Of a DNA stretch of 64,000 nucleotides, positions 54,205 to 62,771 are shown piece after piece; the first letter of the stretch is position 1, and each line of letters starts with the position of its first letter. Position numbers and translations under genes: made by a program. The notes under the pieces are model-generated. The model was given only the letters and a program-made list of their open reading frames with translations. It ran no database searches and was not told where the DNA came from. The stretch comes from Rickettsiales bacterium. GTDB lineage: Bacteria; Pseudomonadota; Alphaproteobacteria; Rickettsiales; UBA3002. The stretch is taken from positions 86,173 to 150,172 of the forward strand of contig JBIIEL010000001.1 in the NCBI GenBank assembly GCA_044237845.1, given 5' to 3'.

Positions 54205-54948
54205 CTAGAGACCCGCGAGGGTGCCATTCGCATAGCGAACGGTGTTCCACGTGTTGTAGCCCACGGGGGTGTAGTTCACGAGCAGGCCGTTGCCTTCGAT
54301 CGCAGCGCGGTAGTTGCCCGAGCAATCGCCCACTGCCGTCGGCGTGCTATGGGTGCCGTCGCTGCGGACGCTCATCATGTAGTTTTTGTAGCTACAGCCA
54401 CCGGTGCCGTCATACGAGGTGAAGATTACTACGTCTTCGCCCGGCATGCGGTAGGTGTTGCTGATACGGATCGGTGCAGGCTGGTTGTTGGCCACCAGTA
54501 CCGGTGCGCCGTTCAGCGTCACGGTGTAGTTGCCCATGGCACCGATGCGGCTTTCGTTCACCGCGAGGTTACCGAAACGTACTGGCACCGCGCTGATGCG
54601 GTTGGTTTGCACCGGAGCGTAACCATAATGGTAGCCATTATAAGCATAGCCTGCCCAGTTACCACGATACGCACCACGCCATGCCACCGCGTTGGTGTCT
54701 TTCAGGATGCGGTAGGTATCCGAGTCTAGCGCGCCAGTGGCAGGCAGACCTGCGTGCGCTTGGAAATCGGCGATTGCGTTGGCGGTTTGTGCACCGATCA
54801 CGCCATCGCGTGGGCCAACATCGTAGCCCAGGTTTGCCAGACGCGTTTGTGACAGGCGCACCGCGCTCGAATCCGCCGCGTTAGCCGCGCCGAACGAAAG
54901 GGTGAGTACCAGGGTAGCAAGTGCAGTGGTGCGCAGAAGAGTTTTCAT
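54205..54948 (-). CDS. secreted peptidoglycan-binding domain protein
   Basis: ORF trimmed to ATG 54948 with aggag upstream. Signal peptide MKTLLRTTALATLVLTLSFGAANA. PG_binding_1 LANLGYDVGPRDGVIGAQTANAIADFQAHAGLPATG. Confidence 0.7.
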   Translation of the reverse strand: MKTLLRTTALATLVLTLSFGAANAADSSAVRLSQTRLANLGYDVGPRDGVIGAQTANAIADFQAHAGLPATGALDSDTYRILKDTNAVAWRGAYRGNWAGYAYNGYHYGYAPVQTNRISAVPVRFGNLAVNESRIGAMGNYTVTLNGAPVLVANNQPAPIRISNTYRMPGEDVVIFTSYDGTGGCSYKNYMMSVRSDGTHSTPTAVGDCSGNYRAAIEGNGLLVNYTPVGYNTWNTVRYANGTLAGL

Positions 54949-55031
54949 TGGCAGGCTCCTATAAAGTTGATTTTTTGGTTCGTTTGCCGAGCCGCTGATT
55001 CGGCCCATAAAGGCGAATATACGCCCAAAAG

Positions 55032-55047
55032 GTTAACGAACCGTTTA
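55032..55047 (-). promoter_or_regulatory. CtrA-type box TAAA-N7-TTAAC, then N10 and TATATT
   Basis: Sense strand reads TAAACGGTTCGTTAAC-cttttgggcg-TATATT (-10 at 55021..55016), upstream of the PG-binding protein gene. Confidence 0.45.
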
Positions 55048-55130
55048 CAGAAGGTTGCATTTGTGCGAACCCGCCCAACTATTTTTGAGAATGGTTGTTT
55101 TTCAGTTGGTTGCTCGACAAAAAAGTTCTG

Positions 55131-56660
55131 CTAAGCAGCGGCCAAAAACCGCCCCTGCGGTTGCTGGCGGTAGGAAAGCGCCTCGGCGAGGTGAATGCGG
55201 GTGACAGACGCGCTTTGCTCCAGGTCGGCAATCGTGCGCGCGACGCGCAACACGCGAGTGAGCCCGCGCATAGAGAGGTTGAGGCGCGCTGTGGCGTCCT
55301 CCACCAGCGCGCGGCAATCGGCATCGAGCGGCACCACGCTATGCAGCGCCTCGCCACTCACCTCGGCATTGGTGCGCGCGGGGGAGCCCATGGCGGCGAA
55401 ACGTGCGGTTTGGCGGGCGCGGGCGGCGGCGACGCGTTCGCGTACCGTGTCACTTGATTCCGCCATCGCAGGGGTGAGCATGGAGAGCGTATCGACCGCC
55501 GGTACATCGACATGTAAATCGATGCGGTCGAGCAGCGGGCCGCTGATGCGCGACTGGTAATCGTCCGCGCAGCGCGGCGCTTTGCCGCAGGCGCGCCCGG
55601 CGTCATCGAGGTAGCCGCAGCGGCAGGGGTTCATCGCCGCGATGAGTTGGAAACGCGCAGGGTAGGTGACATGCGCCTCGACGCGCGCAATGGAGATCTG
55701 CCCGGTCTCAAGCGGCTGGCGGAGCGATTCCAAAACGCCGCGCGGGTATTCCGGCAGTTCGTCCATGAACAACACGCCGTGATGCGCGAGCGAAATTTCC
55801 CCCGGCACAGCGCGGCGACCACCGCCCACCATGCTGGCCATGGAGCTCGAATGATGCGGGTCGCGGAACGGCCGCGTGCTCGTGAACTCGCCCTTCACCA
55901 GCTTGCCTGCGACACTCGCGATGAGGTTGGTCTCGAGCATTTCCTCCGCCGTCATCGGCGGTAGAATGCCCGGCAGGCACGAGGCGAGCATGGATTTGCC
56001 CGAACCCGGCGGCCCGATCATCAGCAGATTATGGCCGCCCGCCGCCGCGATTTCGAGCGCGCGCCGCGCCATCGCCTGCCCACGCACCTCGGCGAGGTCA
56101 TGCGTTTTTTTCGGTGCGGCAAAAATTTTGGCTTCGGGGCGGGCGAGCACCTGTTGCCCCTTGGCATGGTTGATGAGTGCCAGCAGCGACGGCGCGGCGA
56201 GAATATCGAGATCGCCCGCGAAGGCCGCCTCCGCGCCATTCTCCAGCGGGCAGATGAGCCCCTTATTTTGCGCGGCCGCCGCGAGCGCCGCAGGCAGCAC
56301 CCCCGCCACCGGCTGCATCGCACCATCCAGCGCCAGCTCGCCGAGTGCCACAAACCGCTCCACCGCATCCGCCGGCAGCATGTTAAGCACCACGAGCAGC
56401 GCGAGGGCAATAGGCACATCGAAATGCGAGCCTTCCTTCGCAACATCCGCCGGGGCAAGGTTGATGATGACGCGCTTGGCTGGCAGCGCCACACCCATTG
56501 AGGCCAGCGCGGCGCGCACCCGCTCGCGCGATTCGGCAACGGCCTTATCCGGCAGGCCCACGATGGTAAACGCCGGCAGCCCCACCCCAATATGCGCCTG
56601 CACCTCGACCGCGAGTGTCTCGATGCCTTGGAAGGCGACGGTATGTACGCGTGCGACCAT
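55131..56660 (-). CDS. yifB: YifB/ComM family Mg-chelatase-like AAA+ ATPase
   Basis: ORF trimmed to ATG 56660 (MVARVHTVAFQGIE). Walker A GPPGSGKSMLA. Lon-like N-domain. Confidence 0.9.
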   Translation of the reverse strand: MVARVHTVAFQGIETLAVEVQAHIGVGLPAFTIVGLPDKAVAESRERVRAALASMGVALPAKRVIINLAPADVAKEGSHFDVPIALALLVVLNMLPADAVERFVALGELALDGAMQPVAGVLPAALAAAAQNKGLICPLENGAEAAFAGDLDILAAPSLLALINHAKGQQVLARPEAKIFAAPKKTHDLAEVRGQAMARRALEIAAAGGHNLLMIGPPGSGKSMLASCLPGILPPMTAEEMLETNLIASVAGKLVKGEFTSTRPFRDPHHSSSMASMVGGGRRAVPGEISLAHHGVLFMDELPEYPRGVLESLRQPLETGQISIARVEAHVTYPARFQLIAAMNPCRCGYLDDAGRACGKAPRCADDYQSRISGPLLDRIDLHVDVPAVDTLSMLTPAMAESSDTVRERVAAARARQTARFAAMGSPARTNAEVSGEALHSVVPLDADCRALVEDATARLNLSMRGLTRVLRVARTIADLEQSASVTRIHLAEALSYRQQPQGRFLAAA

Positions 56661-56762
56661 GGTTTGTTGTGTTCCTTCGTTTGGCTTTACCACGTACTTC
56701 TCCACGCGTCATTGCGAGGAGCGTATTCGACCCTGTTAGCCATAACAGCCGACGGATTCTTT

Positions 56763-58792
56763 TCAATTTAGAACGCCAATTTCCTCTAATACATATTGAA
56801 AAAGAAGCATGGAGCCATTAAATGACAGATGATCACCATTAGAATATAAGATATTCTTCTCCGTAATACTTGAACAGTAATGTGAATCGCAGAATATTTT
56901 CTTGGGATCAATTACCACTAGCCCAGAGAACTTCGTTGCAACCTCTCTAATTGCAGCGTCCGACAGCTACTGTTCTTCTAAAACTGCACTGAGGGGTATT
57001 CTCATTAGTTCATTCCGCTGCTCATGAGAGCGGCCAAGGCTCAATTGCTCAATTCGATTTAATCGCATTATCGGATTCCAGCCATTAGCAGGAACTCCGG
57101 CCACTATCACTACTTTATGGTTCAGCTCACGCAATGAACGCACTGTTTTCTCAAATGACTCTACCTGTTGCTTGTAGCGAACATTTATTGAAGTGTTTGA
57201 ATCGTAGGCCATAACATATTCATCGCGATGCTCAACCCCTCCGATGGTGTTATCGAAGCCCTTTCCATTTATATAAAGCGGAAACCTTGAATGCAGGATA
57301 ACAAAAGATGGGGGCAAAGAACTCAACAATTTCAGCCTCTGTGACTGATAGTCTGAGTTGCACCTATCGGAAGCTATGCCGTTAACGTAAGCAGTCATTC
57401 CCAATAAAAATGGACACCCACTTGCCGAAAGATCAACCAACTCAAACAGACCCTTACCGGCGAAATGGCTGGCAGCTTCAGTTAAAACACGCGCATGACT
57501 GTCGCCTGCAATAACCACTCGAATATCGGAAAAATGACTGCCTATTCTACACGCTTTTAATGGGTCTCTGTATGAGCACTCAACGCCGTCACGCACAATG
57601 CCACCAAACTCTTTGGGGGCCTCTCCCCCTTCGACCCAATGAATTTTTGCGGCACCACCGACTTTAAGATGCCCAAAAAGGCCGACCATAAAAAATGCCA
57701 TGCTACCAACGATCGCACAGAAGAATATCTGGTTGCGACTAAATCTACCTTTTGTTCGAAAAGGCCTCTCGACAAATCTCCACGAACAATACGCAAGAAT
57801 TATTGAGGAGATGCACATAATTATAAGAATTAGTGGGCTAGGCTCATCCAAACTAAGATGTCTTGCAAATACCAATAACGGCTGATGCCACAAGTATGCG
57901 CTGTAGCTAATCAGACCCATCCCAACAAACATCTTCGTCGCGAACACTTTCCCTACCCAAGTGTTCGGTGTTGCAAAGAGAATTAAAAGTGCCGCCCCTA
58001 ATGTGGGCACGAGTGCATAAAAGCTAGGAAAAGGCGTGGATTTGTTGAATGCAAAGATTGCGTAGAGAACCATAACAAGTCCAAGCAAGCTACCAAGCTG
58101 CGACTTCTTTTTACATAATTCATGATTTCTATGGCGTGAAAAGTAGAATGCTATGAGCGCACCAATCGCCAGCTCCCATCCGCGTGTTGGCAATAAGAAG
58201 AAAGCGGCCGCGGGCTTGTTGTATGCGCTCCAATGCGCAAGTCCTAAACTTACCAATGCGCAAGTCCTAAACTTACGAGTGCCAACATAATCAATATGGG
58301 CACTACCCATTGCTTTGCGTAACGCCACATAAACAATAGGAAAAGTGGAAAGAGAACGTAATATTGCTCTTCTACCGCCAAGCTCCAAGTATGCAACAAC
58401 GGTTTCAGTTCCGCAGCCGTATCAAAATAGCCGCTCTCCCGCCAAAACAAAATGTTCGACGCAAATGCGGAAACGGCAATAAGACTTTGAGAAAAGTCTT
58501 TCAGGTCGCTTGGCAGTAGCCATACCCACGCCAATGGGACACACACGGCCATTACGAGAAACAATGCGGGCAGTATACGTCTTGCGCGGCGCTCATAAAA
58601 GCGTAGTAGCGAGAAAGTGCCCGCGCTTTTTTCCAAGAGAATTATTGAGGTGATGAGATAGCCGCTAATCACAAAAAAAATATCCACGCCGACAAAGCCG
58701 CCGCTAAACGTATCGAATCCGGCATGAAAAAGGATTACGGGAAGCACTGCGAGAGCACGTAGTCCATCTATCTCACGTCTATAGGTAATCAT
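56763..58792 (-). pseudogene. acyltransferase-3 / SGNH (OafA-like O-acyltransferase) gene, disrupted twice
   Basis: ORFs 58250..58858 and 56967..58388 both encode ..ALVSLGLAHW. Removing one copy of the 23-bp duplication at 58231..58276 fuses them. After the TAG at 56969..56967 the same frame continues as LSDAAIREVATKFSGLVVIDPKKIFCDSHYCSSITEKNILYSNGDHLSFNGSMLLFQYVLEEIGVLN to the TGA at 56765..56763 (SGNH block V, DxxH). The region is AT-rich. Confidence 0.8.
58231..58276. repeat. perfect 23-bp tandem duplication (CAATGCGCAAGTCCTAAACTTAC x2)
   Basis: Read directly. The length is not a multiple of 3, so it shifts the frame of the acyltransferase gene. Confidence 0.95.
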
Positions 58793-58907
58793 GGCAACAA
58801 CGATTATGGGTGAGATCCGCGCAAGAAAAAGGCAGGGCACTCTACTTTCGTGCTGCATTTTGTCAAGAGCTTGCGCAAGAAAGCCCGCCGCTAAGCTGCT
58901 GGAACTA

Positions 58908-58941
58908 CTAGCCTCTGGCCTCTGGCCTCTAGCCTCTTGCG
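58908..58941. repeat. tandem heptanucleotide run CTAGCCT CTGGCCT CTGGCCT CTAGCCT CTTGCG
   Basis: Read directly. Intergenic, between the acyltransferase pseudogene and the histidine kinase gene. Confidence 0.85.
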
Positions 58942-58979
58942 AAGAAAAATGACCCTGCTAACGCAATTGCAAGGATTTC

Positions 58980-58995
58980 TTAGCGTTTTCTTAAC
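58980..58995 (+). promoter_or_regulatory. CtrA-type box TTAG-N7-TTAAC, then N10 and CATAGT
   Basis: TTAGCGTTTTCTTAAC-ctgtgatagg-CATAGT (59006..59011). The ATG at 59020 follows 8 nt later. Confidence 0.4.
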
Positions 58996-59019
58996 CTGTG
59001 ATAGGCATAGTGGGAAACG

Positions 59020-60762
59020 ATGGAGAAGATCGACACAGAGGATATGGCGATTGCGCCCGAGGCGTTGCCCGGCGCGCGGGGGCGGTTGCCCAAAGCAAAA
59101 ACGCTGATCGCGTTCTCGGCGCTGATTATGCTGCTGTTTTGTGTGTTCGTGGCCTATCAGGCGAGCAAGGCTTATACCCGTGCGATCGACGACGGTAAGG
59201 AAAATGCCACGCGCCGGGCGCAAATTCTCGGCGACCAGATCGAGCTGTCGTTACTCTCGGTCGATCTCACGCTGCGGCGTGCGGTGGATCGGCAATATTT
59301 CAACACGATGTTCGGTGGCAATCTGCCGCACGATATTGAAAATAATTTCCGCCTCTGGGTGCAGGAAGCGCCGCAGATCGTGGCGCTGATGATGGTGAAC
59401 GCGCAGGGCGTGATCGAGGTGGCGGCGAATAACCCGGGCTATGACCAGTGGTATCGCTACACCGAGACCGCCATCAGCGACCCCGCTTTCACCGTGATGA
59501 AAGCCGACGATGCGCCGGATTTTTATGTCGGCCAGCATCGCACAAACATTCCCGGGCATCCGAAATTGTTGGTGATGAGCCGGCGCATTACCAAGCTCGA
59601 TGGCAGTTTCGGTGGGGTGGTGATTGCCGCTGTTGACCCACGCATTTTCATCGATTTCTTCGCCGCAATTGACCCACAGAAGGACCGCTATATGGCCCTG
59701 ATGCTGACGAGCGGCGATGTGCTTTATAGCGGCCCGCAGGATGAGAAAAATCACGACGCAGCGCTCGACTTTATCAGCGAAAAAGCGCGTGCCGCCACGC
59801 AGGATGATGCGGTGGTTGCCGACAGCAAAAATATCGATGGCGCGGTGGTGATTTACGCCTACGCCAAGCTCACGAAATTAGCGCTGGTCGGCGCGGTCGT
59901 GATCGATGAGGAGGATTTCCTCGGCGGGTGGCGCAAGGCGCGGGTGAAGGATATTTCCTTCCTCGCCATCTTCACGATTTTTGGTTCGGTGCTTTCCTAT
60001 TTTGCGCTCAACATGGCCAAGCAAATTGCGCGGGTGGAAAATTCCGAAGCGGCGGCGATACTGGCATCTCAAGCAAAATCCGAATTCCTTGCCAATATGA
60101 GTCACGAGCTGCGCACGCCGCTCAATGCGGTGATCGGTTTCTCGGAGATGCTCGGTGCGGGTTATTTCGGCGCGCTGAACGAGAAGCAGAAAGAGCGAAT
60201 TCAGGATATTAATCTCTGCGGAACGCATCTGCTGCAGCTGATTTCCGACATCCTCGAATTCAGTAAAGGCGAGGCGGGGAAACTCGAACTGCATGATGAG
60301 CCGCTTGAGGTGGCACAGTCGATCGAGGAGTCTCTGCGCATTGTGGGCGAGCGCGCGCGGGCGAAGCATATTGCGCTGGATAGCGAGATCGCTGCGGGTG
60401 TGTCGCTGCTGCGCGCCGATAAACGCAAGCTGCGGCAGATTTTGCTCAACCTGCTTTCTAACGCGATTAAATTTACGCCGGTCCATGGCACGGTGACGGT
60501 GAGCGCGCGGCTTGACCATCATGGCCAGATGGTGCTGTCGGTCACCGATACTGGCATCGGCATCGCGGAAGCGGATATCCCGAAGGCGCTCGCCGTGTTC
60601 GGGCAAGTGCACCGGAACCATAGCCACGAAGGCACCGGCCTCGGCCTGCCGCTGTGTAAGATGTTCACCGAGCTCCATGGCGGCAAACTGCAGCTCAGCA
60701 GTGAAGTGGGCGTGGGCACCACCGTGCGGATTATTTTCCCCGATAGCCGGGTAATTCGCTAA
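59020..60762 (+). CDS. sensor histidine kinase with a periplasmic sensor domain
   Basis: 580 aa with two TM segments flanking a loop of about 270 aa. H-box SHELRTPLNAVIGFSEML. N and G boxes LLSNAIKFT and GTGLGLPLCKMFTELHGG. Confidence 0.85.
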   Translation: MEKIDTEDMAIAPEALPGARGRLPKAKTLIAFSALIMLLFCVFVAYQASKAYTRAIDDGKENATRRAQILGDQIELSLLSVDLTLRRAVDRQYFNTMFGGNLPHDIENNFRLWVQEAPQIVALMMVNAQGVIEVAANNPGYDQWYRYTETAISDPAFTVMKADDAPDFYVGQHRTNIPGHPKLLVMSRRITKLDGSFGGVVIAAVDPRIFIDFFAAIDPQKDRYMALMLTSGDVLYSGPQDEKNHDAALDFISEKARAATQDDAVVADSKNIDGAVVIYAYAKLTKLALVGAVVIDEEDFLGGWRKARVKDISFLAIFTIFGSVLSYFALNMAKQIARVENSEAAAILASQAKSEFLANMSHELRTPLNAVIGFSEMLGAGYFGALNEKQKERIQDINLCGTHLLQLISDILEFSKGEAGKLELHDEPLEVAQSIEESLRIVGERARAKHIALDSEIAAGVSLLRADKRKLRQILLNLLSNAIKFTPVHGTVTVSARLDHHGQMVLSVTDTGIGIAEADIPKALAVFGQVHRNHSHEGTGLGLPLCKMFTELHGGKLQLSSEVGVGTTVRIIFPDSRVIR

Positions 60763-61676
60763 GCCGCTTCAGGTTTCGGCAGGGCTTTTGCGGCGGCGAG
60801 TTTGGCGGCTTCCATGACGAAATGGGTCATCTTCTCGAGCGCGCGGGCTTCGATCTGGCGGACGCGTTCGCGGCTGATATTGTAGCGCGCAGAAAGCGTT
60901 TCAAGCGTCGCCGGTTCCTCGACGAGCTGCCGCGCCTCGATGATCTCACGCTCGCGCTCGTTCAGGCTGGCGATGGCTTTCATCATCAGCGAGCGCTTCT
61001 GCATGAAGTCCTGATGCTCGCCGAGTTTTTCTTCGTGGCTTGCTTCCGGGTCGGCTAGGAAATCGCCGAATTCCGCGCTGCCATCCTCACCGTTCATGGG
61101 GGCGTTGAGATGCTGGTCATGCGCGCCCATGCGCATATCCATGTCGATCACGTCCTGCTCGTTTACGTTCAGCTCGGTGGCGATGGTACGAATTTCGTCC
61201 GGCGAGAGCGCCTTGCCGGAATCCACATCGCGCAGGCGCTTTTTCATTTTGGTGAGGTTGAAAAACAGGCGCTTCTGCGCGGCGCTGGAACCCATTTTGA
61301 CGAGTGACCAGGAACGCAACACGAATTCCTGAATCGCCGCGCGGATCCACCACATGGCGTAGGTCGAGAGGCGAAAGCCGCGCTCCGGCTCGAATTTCTT
61401 GACCGCCTGCATGAGGCCGAGATTGCCCTCGGCGATGAGCTCCGTCATCGGCAGGCCGTAGCCGCGATAGCCGGAGGCGATTTTGGCGACGAGGCGCAGA
61501 TGGCTGGTGACGAGTTTGTGCGCGGCCTCGTAATCGGCATATTCCGTCCAACGCTTGGCGAGCATATATTCCTCGTCGGCGTCGAGCATCGGGAATTTCT
61601 GGATTTCCTGCAAGTATGCGCGAAGGCCTGCGTCGGGCGAAATGCTGGGCAGTGCAAAGCTGCGGGTGGTTGCCAT
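60759..61676 (-). CDS. rpoH: RNA polymerase sigma-32 factor
   Basis: 305 aa. RpoH box AQKRLFFNLTKMK. Regions 2 and 4 are recognisable. Confidence 0.9.
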   Translation of the reverse strand: MATTRSFALPSISPDAGLRAYLQEIQKFPMLDADEEYMLAKRWTEYADYEAAHKLVTSHLRLVAKIASGYRGYGLPMTELIAEGNLGLMQAVKKFEPERGFRLSTYAMWWIRAAIQEFVLRSWSLVKMGSSAAQKRLFFNLTKMKKRLRDVDSGKALSPDEIRTIATELNVNEQDVIDMDMRMGAHDQHLNAPMNGEDGSAEFGDFLADPEASHEEKLGEHQDFMQKRSLMMKAIASLNEREREIIEARQLVEEPATLETLSARYNISRERVRQIEARALEKMTHFVMEAAKLAAAKALPKPEAA

Positions 61677-61716
61677 GGGGTTACCTTGCCGGGTTTTTTG
61701 TTTTTTATGTAGGGAA

Positions 61717-61745
61717 AAATTACCCCAAAACCCTTAATTTGTCAA
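61717..61745 (-). promoter_or_regulatory. sigma-70-type promoter TTGACA-N17-TAATTT for rpoH
   Basis: Sense strand reads CTTGACAaattaagggttttggggTAATTT. The -35 lies within the last codons of rluD. Confidence 0.45.
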
Positions 61746-62771
61746 GCTGGCCAGCGCGTTTTCCAGCGCGATCAGGTCATCCGGCAGGGGGCAGGTGAAC
61801 TCCATGAATTCGCCTGTGTTTGGGTGGGTGAGCACCAGCTCCTTCGCGTGTAGCGCTTGGCGGTTAAGCGCTTGAAGTGCTCCAGCAACTTCCTCCGGCA
61901 CCTGCGTGCCACCGGACTTTAAACGGTTGAGGCGCGTGGCGGTGCTGGCGCCATAGACCGGGTCGCCAATGATGGGGCATTTGGCATGCAGCAGATGCAC
62001 CCGGATCTGGTGCGTGCGTCCGGTATCGAGGTCGCAGATGACTTTGGTGGCGAGCGGGGTGATGGAGCCGGGGCAGCGAAACAGCGTTTCGGTGGTGTAG
62101 TGGGTGACGGACTCGCGCCCGCCTTCCACAATCGCCATTTGCTGACGATGGCGGCGATGCCGCGCAATCGGCGCGTCGATCGTGCCCTCGCGCGGGTTGA
62201 GCACGCCCCAGGCGAACGCCACATAGCGCCGCTTCATTTCTCGCGACTTTAGTTGGGCGGAGAGATGCTGATGCGCCGCGTCGTGCTTCGCAATCGCGAG
62301 CAGGCCGGACGTGTCTTTGTCGATGCGGTGAACGATGCCCGGGCGCGCGACGCCGCCAATGCCCGAGAGCGATGCGCCGCAATGGGCGAGCAGCGCGTGC
62401 ACCAGCGTGTCGCCATGCGTGCCCGCGGCCGGGTGCACCGTCATCCCCGCCGGTTTGTTGAGCACGATGATGTCGTCGTCCTCATAGACAATATCGAGCG
62501 CGATGGCAGAAGGGGTGAGGTCGAGCTGCTTGATTTCCGGAATGGTGAGGAGGAAGGTTTCCCCCGCGCGGACTTTGTGGGTGGCAGAAAGTCGCCAGTC
62601 TTTCGGCGCTTTTTCTTTCTGGAGACTGGAGACTGGAGACTGAAGACTGACCGCGCCTTCCTCGATCATCGCCTGAAGTCGCGCGCGGGAAATCTCCGGC
62701 AGCATGGCCGCCAGAAATTTATCCAGCCGGGTGCCGGCATGGTCTTCCGTCGCGGTGAGTGTGTGGGTCAT
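61734..62771 (-). CDS. rluD: 23S rRNA pseudouridine synthase, RluD-type
   Basis: S4 domain followed by HRIDKDTSGLL. 345 aa. Carries an in-frame heptamer run near the S4 domain. Confidence 0.9.
   Translation of the reverse strand: MTHTLTATEDHAGTRLDKFLAAMLPEISRARLQAMIEEGAVSLQSPVSSLQKEKAPKDWRLSATHKVRAGETFLLTIPEIKQLDLTPSAIALDIVYEDDDIIVLNKPAGMTVHPAAGTHGDTLVHALLAHCGASLSGIGGVARPGIVHRIDKDTSGLLAIAKHDAAHQHLSAQLKSREMKRRYVAFAWGVLNPREGTIDAPIARHRRHRQQMAIVEGGRESVTHYTTETLFRCPGSITPLATKVICDLDTGRTHQIRVHLLHAKCPIIGDPVYGASTATRLNRLKSGGTQVPEEVAGALQALNRQALHAKELVLTHPNTGEFMEFTCPLPDDLIALENALASLTN
62591..62650. repeat. heptamer element inside rluD: GTCGCCAGTC, 18-nt spacer, then (CTGGAGA)x3 CTGAAGA CTGACC
   Basis: Read directly. 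The short left arm pairs 10/11 with GACTGGAGACT. Translated as SLQSPVSSLQKEKAPKDWRL. Confidence 0.8.
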
